Shown one piece after another: positions 17,765-26,762 of a stretch of DNA of 64,000 bases. A model generated the notes under the pieces. It was not told where the DNA came from. It saw only the letters and a list, made by a program, of their open reading frames with translations, and searched no databases. Source of the stretch: a virus; UHGV virus genome UHGV-0180032; one strand, written 5' to 3'. Within the stretch, counting starts at the first letter, position 1. Each line of letters begins with the position of its first letter. The position numbers and the translations under genes were made by a program.

Positions 17765-18050
17765 ACTAATTCGGCTGTTTAAACGTAAGAAATGTCCTGT
17801 CTGCGAAGTCAATGAAAAGGTTATTGCTAAGCAAGATGAATTAATTAAAGTACAGGAAAAATCGCTCAGGGAACAGCTAGAGCTTTATTACAAGCTTTGT
17901 GCTATTACCGAGTACATCTGCGAGGAGAAATTGCCAAAAGAAGCTGGTTTTTTAATACTAGAGAAAGCCACAAAAGATTGTCGTGCTCAGGTCGATATGT
18001 ATAAACAAGTTTTACGGCGAGAATTATGGGGGAAAATCAATGAAGCGTGA
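17754..18050 (+). CDS. hypothetical protein with CPVCE motif
   Basis: Track ORF 17709..18050 trimmed to ATG 17754 (ggtggtga SD-like). Confidence 0.5.
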   Translation: MVFKLIRLFKRKKCPVCEVNEKVIAKQDELIKVQEKSLREQLELYYKLCAITEYICEEKLPKEAGFLILEKATKDCRAQVDMYKQVLRRELWGKINEA

Positions 18051-18321
18051 AACAGTTGTATTTCGTAGCAACGGTGATGTGGTTTTGTATCGTGGTAAGA
18101 AACGTATTCGTACGTTAGAATACCGTGAAGCAAAACGTTTTGTTGAAGAGTGTGCATGGTTAATGCATTACGAAGGGAACTACCGAGCTATTTTAGAAGC
18201 ACCGCGTCTAGAACGTGCGGTTGCGCAGATGGCAATAGGTAATCCTAAGAACTGTTACCTGGCACGTAAGCCAAAATACCTACAGCGGCTTTCGTTAGGC
18301 AGCTTTATTGCTGGGTTTTAA
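18040..18321 (+). CDS. hypothetical protein
   Basis: Track ORF 17983..18321 trimmed to ATG 18040 (gggga SD, overlaps upstream stop). Confidence 0.5.
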   Translation: MKRETVVFRSNGDVVLYRGKKRIRTLEYREAKRFVEECAWLMHYEGNYRAILEAPRLERAVAQMAIGNPKNCYLARKPKYLQRLSLGSFIAGF

Positions 18322-18330
18322 TAAAAATAA

Positions 18331-18373
18331 TTTCAGATATATATTACCTAGGTGAGAGTTCAGCTACTCTCAC
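18331..18373 (+). promoter_or_regulatory. conserved promoter-like box plus stem-loop, copy B
   Basis: tttcagatatatattacctaggtgagag with hairpin gtgagagt/actctcac; upstream of 18404 gene. Confidence 0.45.
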
Positions 18374-18403
18374 TTAACCAAAACCATTTTAGGAGCATAT
18401 GCC

Positions 18404-18898
18404 ATGAACTTCACAAGACTTGATTACACTAACGAATTAGTTGACAAAGAAAAATACAAATTCACTGTTGACTTGGGTTACGGATTACTGGACGTAGAAA
18501 AAGATGTTCTGCACAAAGAATTCCGTGAGCAGTTCGGTGCTCTGTTCTGCGCAGGTTTCCGCAGAAACACTATCGATATCGGTTATAGCGCAACACCACA
18601 TACCGACGAAGAAATGTTTAAGCTGGTAACACAGATTATCGGAACGCGTGGAGCTAATCGTCTTAATTATTCCAACGAACTTGTTTCGAAAGAGCATTAC
18701 AAGTTCACCGTTAGACTACCTGTACACCTCACAGAAGAAGATAAGAACATCCTCTATAAAGCCCTTCAAACCGAATTCGGTAAAACGCTCAAAGTAGGGT
18801 TCCGTAATCGTAGTATCGATATCGGAATTAGTGTGGATGTGTGTAGTGACGATGACCTTTACGAATTAGTTTCGGAAGTTATCGGAAATCATCTCTAA
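18404..18898 (+). CDS. hypothetical protein built from two tandem ~80-aa repeats
   Basis: Translation shows RLDYTNELVDKEKYKFTV...IIG and RLNYSNELVSKEHYKFTV...VIG. Confidence 0.6.
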   Translation: MNFTRLDYTNELVDKEKYKFTVDLGYGLLDVEKDVLHKEFREQFGALFCAGFRRNTIDIGYSATPHTDEEMFKLVTQIIGTRGANRLNYSNELVSKEHYKFTVRLPVHLTEEDKNILYKALQTEFGKTLKVGFRNRSIDIGISVDVCSDDDLYELVSEVIGNHL

Positions 18899-18946
18899 AC
18901 CTAAATTAACTCATTAACACTTCGACTTGTAAATAAGGAATAGAAT

Positions 18947-19420
18947 ATGTTTAGCTTAGAATTCAACAACAACGTTCATGTCGCTTTCCATTCAGTAGAA
19001 AAAACCTATAAAACTAAAGATCTGTTTACTGGCAGAAGCGATGCTTTTTCGCTGATTAAGAATGGATGGAGAAAAAGCAAAGAGCTGAAACGTGATTCAA
19101 ACCTTTACATTATTGAACGTTTAACTGTAACCGACGATCTTGTCACTGCACGTTATGACTTTGTTGTAATGGACGATTTCATCCCGTTAGACAAACTGGT
19201 TATCTTGGCTGACAATGGGGAACGCTACGAGGCGGGCGAGAACGGTGAACGTTCATTTACTAATGACGGTAAACTAAAAGTTCGCCATTCTGTAATGGCA
19301 GTTTGCTACGATGGTGAATGGCTAGGATCTCTGAATAAAGGATTGGATTTGATTGACGCCGATGATTTAGAAAATTTCGCCGATGTTTTCTCCAGCTATC
19401 TGTTTGAATATAAGTGGTGA
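18947..19420 (+). CDS. hypothetical protein (157 aa)
   Basis: Track ORF; SD aaggaa. Confidence 0.55.
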   Translation: MFSLEFNNNVHVAFHSVEKTYKTKDLFTGRSDAFSLIKNGWRKSKELKRDSNLYIIERLTVTDDLVTARYDFVVMDDFIPLDKLVILADNGERYEAGENGERSFTNDGKLKVRHSVMAVCYDGEWLGSLNKGLDLIDADDLENFADVFSSYLFEYKW

Positions 19421-19425
19421 GTTCG

Positions 19426-19857
19426 ATGAGAAAAGAACTAAAATCAGAGTTACGTGATTACATTCGTAAATACCCAGCCAGTATTCCGGTACTGGCTTCA
19501 CTCTCTTTATCGGGTATGGACCTTAATACCTTAACGGTAGAAAAATTCCACGAAGTGGTGAAGTCGTCGTATCAAATTGTTACCGATATGTCAGTGCGGA
19601 AACGTGCTGACTACCCAGACGGTGATTTCGGTACAGAGATGTTCACGGACTACGCAGTTGCGTATCTGATGGGACGTCACTTTATCGATAAACTCAATAC
19701 GGCTGTAGAAGGAGAAACCGTTACGGAAATTGTCAATGCTTGGCAACAACGTATTGTGAGTGACGCTTACTGTCGTCAAGCCTTAAAGAAAATGTCGGCA
19801 GTAGCATTAACCAATGACCAACGTGCTTTAGAGTTCCTTAAGCACAACTACGAATAA
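19426..19857 (+). CDS. hypothetical protein, paralog of 21121..21552 product
   Basis: Track ORF 19414..19857 trimmed to ATG 19426; shared LRDYIRKYP...YP-G-(D/E)-G motifs with 21121 product. Confidence 0.55.
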   Translation: MRKELKSELRDYIRKYPASIPVLASLSLSGMDLNTLTVEKFHEVVKSSYQIVTDMSVRKRADYPDGDFGTEMFTDYAVAYLMGRHFIDKLNTAVEGETVTEIVNAWQQRIVSDAYCRQALKKMSAVALTNDQRALEFLKHNYE

Positions 19858-19878
19858 TTTACCAAAAGGAAAATTGAC

Positions 19879-21051
19879 ATGTATAATATCGAGATTACCT
19901 CACTCGTTAAAACTGAAATCCGTCCGGTTCCTGAAGGACAGTTACTCGATCGACTTTATCGTATATTCCTGGATAAAGGTGTGCATTTCCGTGTAGAACA
20001 GGCCAATGTTGAAAGCATAGTGTTCTACTGGACTGACAACAGTGAGTACGTTTGGTGGAGTATTGCGGTAGAGATCGGTGAGTTACTCAATCCGGTAGCC
20101 ACGACCGCCAAGGTAGAAACGACCGAGACCGAACAACCGAAAGTCGAAGAACAGCAGTGGCCGTACACCAGCGCCGACAACCCGCTCGTCTATCGGTATG
20201 GTGCCGAAACGAACGAGAAAATTAAAGAAACATTAGAGGCTCTCTATCCCGATTATTTAACCATCAGTCAACAATGCGACGTGTTAGTTATCTGGATGAA
20301 TGATCTCGAACCCAAGCTCATTAAAGCTATTCGCATCACCGTTGCACTGATCGTCAAAGACGCCGTTCGCCTTATTTCGTTTGAAGGTATCGGTCGACGT
20401 GACGCGGATGATTTCATGCGTGATGTCGTTCACGAACACAAGGAGAAAATTCTTCGGTCTAATTATGTTGGTGACACTCTAACTGTGCTTGTTGATAATG
20501 ACCCCGTTATTATTAATCAGCTGAACATCCGTATGCGTAAGTTAACAAAGAAAATTTTTCTTAAAGGGGAGCAATCGCTTGAAGAGTCCAAAGTGTCTAA
20601 AGTCTTTACTTACACTGGTCCAGATGCCAAAGCGATTAACGATACTTTGGCAGCTTTCTATTCTAGCAAAGTAGAGACTAAACTCGAGGGCGAAGAACTC
20701 ACCATTAAATGGAAATGGTGGGACATTGCTCTTGAAGAAGAAATTCATAGTCTTATTAAAGAGATTGTTGACAACCGTCTACGTCTTCTAACGATCACTA
20801 CTATCGGGGGAGAGGATGCCGATGCGTTTATAAGCGGGGTTCTTCGTGCGTATCCTGAGAAAGTCCGTCAATGGACTTACAATGACAATACACTTATCAT
20901 CCTGCTCAACTATGAACCTGGCCTTATTGGGAAATTGAAGGATCGTCTACGTGATCTGTGGTACAAACGATTTCTTAAGGATGGGTCGAAAGAGCTCATT
21001 AAAGGATTGTTTTCTGATTGCAACTGTCCTATATGTCAGAAGCATCGCTAA
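19879..21051 (+). CDS. hypothetical protein (390 aa) with internal duplication and C-terminal CNCPICQ
   Basis: Track ORF; two related segments (GIGRRDADDFMRDV... and IGGEDADAFISGV...). Confidence 0.6.
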   Translation: MYNIEITSLVKTEIRPVPEGQLLDRLYRIFLDKGVHFRVEQANVESIVFYWTDNSEYVWWSIAVEIGELLNPVATTAKVETTETEQPKVEEQQWPYTSADNPLVYRYGAETNEKIKETLEALYPDYLTISQQCDVLVIWMNDLEPKLIKAIRITVALIVKDAVRLISFEGIGRRDADDFMRDVVHEHKEKILRSNYVGDTLTVLVDNDPVIINQLNIRMRKLTKKIFLKGEQSLEESKVSKVFTYTGPDAKAINDTLAAFYSSKVETKLEGEELTIKWKWWDIALEEEIHSLIKEIVDNRLRLLTITTIGGEDADAFISGVLRAYPEKVRQWTYNDNTLIILLNYEPGLIGKLKDRLRDLWYKRFLKDGSKELIKGLFSDCNCPICQKHR

Positions 21052-21068
21052 TTAACTAAATTCGTACA

Positions 21069-21100
21069 AGGGGTGGTAAACCACCCCTCTATTATTGTAT
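21069..21100 (+). terminator. terminator-like hairpin
   Basis: Stem aggggtgg/ccacccct, loop taaa, then T-rich tail. Confidence 0.5.
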
Positions 21101-21120
21101 TTACCTAAAGGAGTATTAAA

Positions 21121-21552
21121 ATGTTTTTCGTATTAAAAGATGATATTCGTAACTACATTCGTAACAATCCGATTGCTCTAGGCGTTTTAGCAGGTTTCTG
21201 TCGTCCAAATACTGACTTCGATTTAGTTAAGTTAGAAGAATATCAGGAAATTGTGAATACTAACTACATGCACATCTGTAGCTGGGGTAAACGTCCCCGT
21301 GAAGAGTACCCTGTAGGTGAGTTAGGTGACACCATGCACCGTGACCAGAATCTGATGCACGAATTCGTTGAATACACACTGGAAAATCTTAACTATCCAC
21401 TCCTGGTCGACACTGTACCAGAAATGGTTGACGAATGGTTAAAACGTGTTTATAGCGATCCTACCGCCAACAAGTTACTGAGCCAGATGTCACAAACTTC
21501 TCGTGACATCGACACTCGTACCTTGATGTACTTAGCACATAACGTTCGCTAA
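21121..21552 (+). CDS. hypothetical protein, paralog of 19426..19857 product
   Basis: Track ORF; SD aaggag. Confidence 0.55.
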   Translation: MFFVLKDDIRNYIRNNPIALGVLAGFCRPNTDFDLVKLEEYQEIVNTNYMHICSWGKRPREEYPVGELGDTMHRDQNLMHEFVEYTLENLNYPLLVDTVPEMVDEWLKRVYSDPTANKLLSQMSQTSRDIDTRTLMYLAHNVR

Positions 21553-21559
21553 CCTCTTT

Positions 21560-21610
21560 CCGCTATAGGCTTCGGTCTATAGCGGAATTAATTTTCTTTC
21601 CCTTTTCTTT
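21560..21610 (+). terminator. terminator-like hairpin
   Basis: Stem ccgctatag/ctatagcgg followed by T-rich region. Confidence 0.45.
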
Positions 21611-21718
21611 TTTGTTATTTTGACACCACTTTACTTACGCCCTACCCGACTATTCCTATGCTGGCTGAGGGATGTAAAACGACCTCTTAAACCTTTTTAC
21701 TTACTGTGAGTTAACGCG

Positions 21719-22567
21719 ATGTCTCTTACGTCAAAACAGAAACTGCTAAAACTCATCAACACTGAAAACAATATTAGTCCACCGTTGACTTTCAGTGATG
21801 TTGAAATCGGGGAACCTACCGGTACTGGGGTTGATACCCAGGTGGTTCTGACCTCTAAACTTAAAGGCGATGAGTCTACTACTTTAACCGTGACTTACCA
21901 CCGTCGTAATTTACCTGACTACCTAACCGGTGAGTTGGTATTCGGTAACGACAGTGTGGTAACCGCATCCGATTTGCTTAATGCGATTAACGCAAAATAC
22001 AACCTAAATATTTTACCCTCGGATATCGTTGACGCAAAAGTTGAAGGTGAAACCCATCAGCTTACGGCTAACGAGAAATCTTACGAGTGGTGCGGTGTAG
22101 TAACGCTTACGCTGCGTGATCCTATTGACCTGACCGAACTGTTACCGGTTACTCAATTAGAAAATCTGGTAGAGTATCCGTCCACGAAGAAAGGTAACGC
22201 GGCGGTTTATTCTCACCCGATTGATTTCACCGCAGAAAAAGATTACCTTGACCCGATTACTATCAACGACACTGTAGACTTAGTAGAATTAGCTACTAAA
22301 CTGGATGGTGTGGTTGACGAGAAATGGGTAAGCGTACCTAAGAACGCTGCTTACAACCTGTACGGTGCGAAAGTTATTTACGATGGCCCAACCTCAGGCT
22401 ACGAAGGCGCAAATACGAAATTCACTCGTGTGTTGGTGCTAACACTCAGCCCGCTGTGTTCTAACCTGACCGGTAACCTGTTAATTCACTTTAACGGTAC
22501 CGATCGTCCGAAGTCGAAGATTGAATTAGCACAGACTAATCCGGTCTTACCGGGATTCTTAGATTAA
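21719..22567 (+). CDS. hypothetical protein (282 aa), distant member of the YYDRL-type paralog family
   Basis: Track ORF; contains TYHRRNL...LNAINAKY...LPSD similar to family motif. Confidence 0.55.
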   Translation: MSLTSKQKLLKLINTENNISPPLTFSDVEIGEPTGTGVDTQVVLTSKLKGDESTTLTVTYHRRNLPDYLTGELVFGNDSVVTASDLLNAINAKYNLNILPSDIVDAKVEGETHQLTANEKSYEWCGVVTLTLRDPIDLTELLPVTQLENLVEYPSTKKGNAAVYSHPIDFTAEKDYLDPITINDTVDLVELATKLDGVVDEKWVSVPKNAAYNLYGAKVIYDGPTSGYEGANTKFTRVLVLTLSPLCSNLTGNLLIHFNGTDRPKSKIELAQTNPVLPGFLD

Positions 22568-22580
22568 GAGGATTACAGTA

Positions 22581-23060
22581 ATGGCCAATCAAGAAACTAT
22601 CTTCGACCTTATTAAAAAGGCTAACCCGGACGCTGAGTTCGACACCACCAAAGTCACGCTGGGTGATCCGGTTGTGGCCACCGGTACTTACAATACCGAA
22701 ATTACGGTTGCGTCAATTAAGAATCTCGGTTACACTAACGAACAAACGTTCCAGTATAACCGCATTGACGCAGGTTTATATTTCCTGAACGTATTACCGA
22801 AGCTGTTGGTAGAATCTGCAACGACTACCGCTGACTTACTGCCCGTCATTAACGAGCAGTACAGCCTAGCCCTTACAGAAGACGATGTGTGGGTAGAACA
22901 GGTTGGTGAGTTACCGTTAGACGGTAGCGCAATCGAACACGGTATTTTCTTCCGTCCTGAGTGTCTGACTTGGGTTGGCGGTTTTACAGTGCGCGTTGCG
23001 CGTAAACCGGCTGAAGCCACACCGCCAAAGGCGGCGTCTCGCGCTAAAAAGAAAAAATAA
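22581..23060 (+). CDS. hypothetical protein (159 aa), distant paralog-family member with Lys/Ala-rich tail
   Basis: Track ORF; SD aagagga; FQYNRID...LPVINEQY motif. Confidence 0.55.
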   Translation: MANQETIFDLIKKANPDAEFDTTKVTLGDPVVATGTYNTEITVASIKNLGYTNEQTFQYNRIDAGLYFLNVLPKLLVESATTTADLLPVINEQYSLALTEDDVWVEQVGELPLDGSAIEHGIFFRPECLTWVGGFTVRVARKPAEATPPKAASRAKKKK

Positions 23061-23065
23061 TCACA

Positions 23066-23100
23066 GGGTGGGGGTAATCCCCACCCTCTTTTCTTTTTTG
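23066..23100 (+). terminator. intrinsic terminator
   Basis: Stem agggtgggg/ccccaccct, loop gtaat, then T-run. Confidence 0.7.
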
Positions 23101-23123
23101 TGTAAAATAGGAGTTAAACGAAA

Positions 23124-23714
23124 ATGGCCGAACGTTGGACTAAAGAAGGTATTATTGAATCCAAAACCGATTTGGAAGGTGGGTACGTCAACGACCCTGA
23201 CGACAAAGGTGGAGAAACCTGTCACGGCGTGACTTTAACTACCGCACGCGAGTACGGTTACACAGGGAAAATGAAAGACCTCACTCGTGCACAAGCATTC
23301 GATATCTACGATCGCGGTTGGTGGAAGAAACTCAAACTCGATGAGATTTTTGCTATTTCGCCGTTACTGGCTGACAGAATGTTTGATTTCGGGATTAACG
23401 CAGGGCGTGCTAACTGTGTGAAATCACTACAACGTATTCTCAACGTTTTAAATAACGAAGGGAAACTCTACGCGGATATCGACACAGACGGTGGGATGGG
23501 GCCTAAAACGCTGGGCGCGTTGAACGCGTATCTGAAATACCGTAAAGATGAAGGGCTAAGCATTTTAATCTTTGCATTAATCTCGCACCAGGTAACTTAC
23601 TACACGGAAATCTCCGAGAAACGTAAGCGAAACGAGAAATACACTTACGGCTGGTACGGCCGTGTGTTCAGAGAAATGGCAGATTATGCGGTAAAAGCGG
23701 GGTTAGTAAAATGA
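23124..23714 (+). CDS. endolysin: GH108-type lysozyme with C-terminal peptidoglycan-binding domain
   Basis: N-terminal EGGYVNDPDDKGGETCHGVT signature of GH108 lysozymes; C-terminal region resembles PG_binding_3; SD aggag. Confidence 0.75.
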   Translation: MAERWTKEGIIESKTDLEGGYVNDPDDKGGETCHGVTLTTAREYGYTGKMKDLTRAQAFDIYDRGWWKKLKLDEIFAISPLLADRMFDFGINAGRANCVKSLQRILNVLNNEGKLYADIDTDGGMGPKTLGALNAYLKYRKDEGLSILIFALISHQVTYYTEISEKRKRNEKYTYGWYGRVFREMADYAVKAGLVK

Positions 23715-23815
23715 ACTGGTTTGCTAAACTCTTAGCGTTATTGTGGAAAGCGTTAACGTCTGGTCGAAAACGTAAAGACGAAAAACGTGGGCAAGAATTC
23801 TTCTGGTTTTTGTAA
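23711..23815 (+). CDS. small hydrophobic ORF (34 aa), possible holin or lysis accessory
   Basis: ATG overlaps lysozyme stop (ATGA); MNWFAKLLALLWKALTSGRKRKDEKRGQEFFWFL; below track size cutoff. Confidence 0.3.
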   Translation: MNWFAKLLALLWKALTSGRKRKDEKRGQEFFWFL

Positions 23816-23830
23816 GGAAAGGTGTGGGTA

Positions 23831-24496
23831 ATGGAAAAGCTTCAATATAAACGTTTAAATAATAAGTGGTTTGTATTAACGGAGGATTACCATTATCCGT
23901 TTACGTTACGTGAGATTTATCACGACCACGTACACTTAGACCGTGCGGTATATTTAACCGGTGTATTACCTGACACGCAACTGTGGTTAACCGCTCCGAA
24001 AGGGTTCGTAACGGACTTAGCGTCGATACCCGAACACTTACAGGGAATTTTCCATCCTGACGGGCCTTGGGCACCGGCTGCGTGTATTCACGATTTGCTA
24101 TACCAGAAATGCAGTACGGAACGTAGCTACCCTATGACGCCCGGTGGTAACGTTTCTCGCATTATCGATAAAGAGTTCGCTGACTTAACGTTTCTGCGTA
24201 TTATGCAGTCATTAGAAATCTCACCGTATATCTGCCAAACGTTTTATAAAGCCGTTGTAGGATTCGGTTGGGATGCTTACGTAGACCCTAACGCGAAACC
24301 GTCTTATACCACTAACGACTACCGTACGTTAGACTATAATCGAAACTATTTGTTCGTTCGCGAGTTTAAGGAGTCTGCTATTCCTGACCACGAACGAGTT
24401 GATATCACCACAGGTTGTCCCGTTAATGTCAAATACCTGAACATCAAACGGGCTTTTCTGTCTGGGAGGGAAGATGTTTCATCCAAATCCGAGTAA
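23831..24496 (+). CDS. DUF1353-like phage protein
   Basis: Track ORF 23822..24496 trimmed to ATG 23831; motif GFVTDLASIP...AACIHDLLY resembles DUF1353 signature. Confidence 0.5.
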   Translation: MEKLQYKRLNNKWFVLTEDYHYPFTLREIYHDHVHLDRAVYLTGVLPDTQLWLTAPKGFVTDLASIPEHLQGIFHPDGPWAPAACIHDLLYQKCSTERSYPMTPGGNVSRIIDKEFADLTFLRIMQSLEISPYICQTFYKAVVGFGWDAYVDPNAKPSYTTNDYRTLDYNRNYLFVREFKESAIPDHERVDITTGCPVNVKYLNIKRAFLSGREDVSSKSE

Positions 24497-24989
24497 CTTT
24501 AAACTCAAAGAGTTAGTACCACAATCGTACATCACCAAATACGGTGATTCTGCAATTCGGTTTATGAACCCGTTGTTAATGATTTCACTACAACAGATTC
24601 GTAACCGTTTCGGCAGAATGGTAATTAACTCGTCTGCTGCGCAACAGCGTGGTCTAAGAACCTTAGACTTTTTCATTAACCAAGAAAAGCCTAAGGGCGG
24701 TAACTATAAACAACGTGCGTTACAACTCTACTCCGATTCAGGAAGTCAGCACAAGTTCGGTAACGCGTTCGACGCAACACTGTTAGATTCAACGGTAAAA
24801 CAAGTCCACGATTATATCGCTGCTAATCCTGATGAGTTTCCGTTTATTCACTTTATCGAATGCGACATCAGTTGGTTGCATATCGACGTTCGTAACCAAC
24901 CGAATATCACGTTCTGGTCACCGAATCGTGGTACTGTGAAAGTCGTGAAACAAAGCCCTATCGATTGGAGCGCCTTAGTTAAAATCTAA
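24474..24989 (+). CDS. peptidase M15-family peptidoglycan hydrolase (putative endopeptidase/carboxypeptidase)
   Basis: H-x6-D (SQHKFGNAFD) and WLHID motifs typical of zinc M15 peptidases; SD gggagg. Confidence 0.6.
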   Translation: MFHPNPSNFKLKELVPQSYITKYGDSAIRFMNPLLMISLQQIRNRFGRMVINSSAAQQRGLRTLDFFINQEKPKGGNYKQRALQLYSDSGSQHKFGNAFDATLLDSTVKQVHDYIAANPDEFPFIHFIECDISWLHIDVRNQPNITFWSPNRGTVKVVKQSPIDWSALVKI

Positions 24990-25080
24990 GCGCATAATCT
25001 TTAACTTAGGGTGATTGTACCTTATTTTGTATAAACCGTCTTAGAACTCGTTCTAGCGCGTTTTACGGACAAAATAAACC

Positions 25081-25115
25081 TACCCTCCTGCTAAGCAGGA
25101 GGGTATTTATTATTC
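25081..25115. terminator. bidirectional terminator between convergent genes
   Basis: Stem taccctcctgc/gcaggagggta with T-rich flanks on both strands. Confidence 0.6.
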
Positions 25116-25589
25116 TACCGGGTGCAACATAGTGCCGGTATCTGGAATGCTACCTTCGTGACATCTGAAGAACGTTACACCTTTACCTTCACCCGTTTTG
25201 TAGTTGACAGTAGAATACGCAAACGTTGGGGTTTTCGACAGTAACCCGTTTACACGGTAATAGCGCTCACCGGTAACAACGTTTAAGTTACCGTCCACTT
25301 TACCTAACAGGTCTTTATATAGTTGCGGAGATTCAATTTTACCTTCGTCCCATGTAGCGACCCAATTCGCCCCTGTATCCATGACTAACACCGAAAGGGG
25401 CATCAGTTTTAGGCTAGACGGTACCGGTTTAAAATCAACGAATTCTTGAGAAGCACCTGTACAGGTGTAAATGACCATATCGTGTTGGTCAACAGGTACG
25501 GTGGAAAACTGACCTTCCGCGTTCGGCTGAATAGCACAACTTGCCAACGTCATTACAAAAGCAACGACCACGAGAATGCGTTTTAGCAT
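25110..25589 (-). CDS. lipoprotein (signal peptide with LASC lipobox)
   Basis: Track ORF 25110..25649 trimmed to ATG 25589; MLKRILVVVAFVMTLASC lipobox. Confidence 0.6.
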   Translation of the reverse strand: MLKRILVVVAFVMTLASCAIQPNAEGQFSTVPVDQHDMVIYTCTGASQEFVDFKPVPSSLKLMPLSVLVMDTGANWVATWDEGKIESPQLYKDLLGKVDGNLNVVTGERYYRVNGLLSKTPTFAYSTVNYKTGEGKGVTFFRCHEGSIPDTGTMLHPVE

Positions 25590-25859
25590 AAACTCACCCT
25601 TATTAAAATTAAGAAAAAATAATTTTTTCAGGTTAGCGCTTACTGCCAACCGTCATATCTATATTTTAGGAAATGTCTAAAATAACATTCTTATGCAATC
25701 CACCCCTACCACTAACGAGGTAAAAAAAGATGGCTAAAGCCTTCAAACAACAGCTCAATTCGTCTGGCTTCTCAAGACCTGATCGGTGCCAAAGCTTACG
25801 AACAAGCCGGTAGCCTCGATCTGGAAAACTCCGTCATCGTAACCAAACTGAACGAAGAA

Positions 25860-26096
25860 ATGGTTACTAAAGGTTATGTCGATGACGCATTCGCCGAAAG
25901 CGAACTGTCCATTGAGAAATCCGAAGGCGACAGCGGTGCTAAAGTCTACACTGTCAAAGTAAGCGAAGGCCACATCAAATTCCTGGCTGGTACTATTGCC
26001 GTCTTCACTTATTCCAACCCAGCTCCTGAGAAGGTAGCACTGAGCGGTCTGGAAGGTGAACTTGATGGCTTCACTGCACCGGGTGTCGGTGGCTAA
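25860..26096 (+). CDS. hypothetical protein (78 aa), C-terminal GELDGFTA motif; possibly truncated or frameshifted
   Basis: Track ORF; shares C-terminal motif with 26161 product; upstream frame stays open without a start and an SD-preceded ATG at 25730 lies in another frame. Confidence 0.4.
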   Translation: MVTKGYVDDAFAESELSIEKSEGDSGAKVYTVKVSEGHIKFLAGTIAVFTYSNPAPEKVALSGLEGELDGFTAPGVGG

Positions 26097-26100
26097 TTAA

Positions 26101-26126
26101 ATCGGGGGGGGGTGACCTCCCCCGAT
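26101..26126 (+). promoter_or_regulatory. G-tract hairpin element, copy 3
   Basis: atc-G9-tgacct-C5-gat palindrome directly after stop of 25860 ORF. Confidence 0.4.
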
Positions 26127-26160
26127 ATTTCTCTAACACGTATTATTAAGGACCTAGATA

Positions 26161-26691
26161 ATGGCCGCTACTAACCAGATGATGTTGGTCGCGCTTTATA
26201 ATGCTGCTAACGCTGAGCTACCGCATCAGATTACAGATAAAGAAGTGTCCTTTGGTCTCCCTACTGCGCTGGAAGGCGAAAGTAAGAATACCAAAGTTAC
26301 CATGACTGCACTACCGGGTTCTGAGAATTTCAAAGGCGAAATCGAACTGCATTACGATCGTCTGGAACCAGGTGTTGTAGGACGGATTGAACTAACTGAC
26401 GATCTGTCTCGCTGGGTTCAAGAAAATGAACTCCGCGCTTGGTTACAATATTACATCAACAAAGTAAAACCTGACGACGCTATCGCACCAGGCGACGTTG
26501 TGTACAACACCGAAGACCAGAAAGACGAACATGAAAACGTCACTCTGCGTACCGTGACGTGCACCGTTACTGAAAAGAACCTCCGTTATAAACCGGGCGT
26601 AATGGCAACCTTCGTAATTACACCGAAGGTTGTCGATAATCGTATTGACCTGGCCACCACCAACGGTGAGTTGGACGGTTTTACTGCTTAA
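26161..26691 (+). CDS. hypothetical protein (176 aa), paralog-family member
   Basis: Track ORF; contains HYDRL motif and C-terminal NGELDGFTA. Confidence 0.55.
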   Translation: MAATNQMMLVALYNAANAELPHQITDKEVSFGLPTALEGESKNTKVTMTALPGSENFKGEIELHYDRLEPGVVGRIELTDDLSRWVQENELRAWLQYYINKVKPDDAIAPGDVVYNTEDQKDEHENVTLRTVTCTVTEKNLRYKPGVMATFVITPKVVDNRIDLATTNGELDGFTA

Positions 26692-26729
26692 TCGCTAAGT
26701 CAACTACTATAACAAAAAATAATAAGTTT

Positions 26730-26762
26730 ACCTACCTCCTTTACGGAGGTAGGTATTTTTTT
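26730..26762. terminator. bidirectional terminator
   Basis: Stem acctacctcc/ggaggtaggt, loop tttac, T-runs on both strands. Confidence 0.65.
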
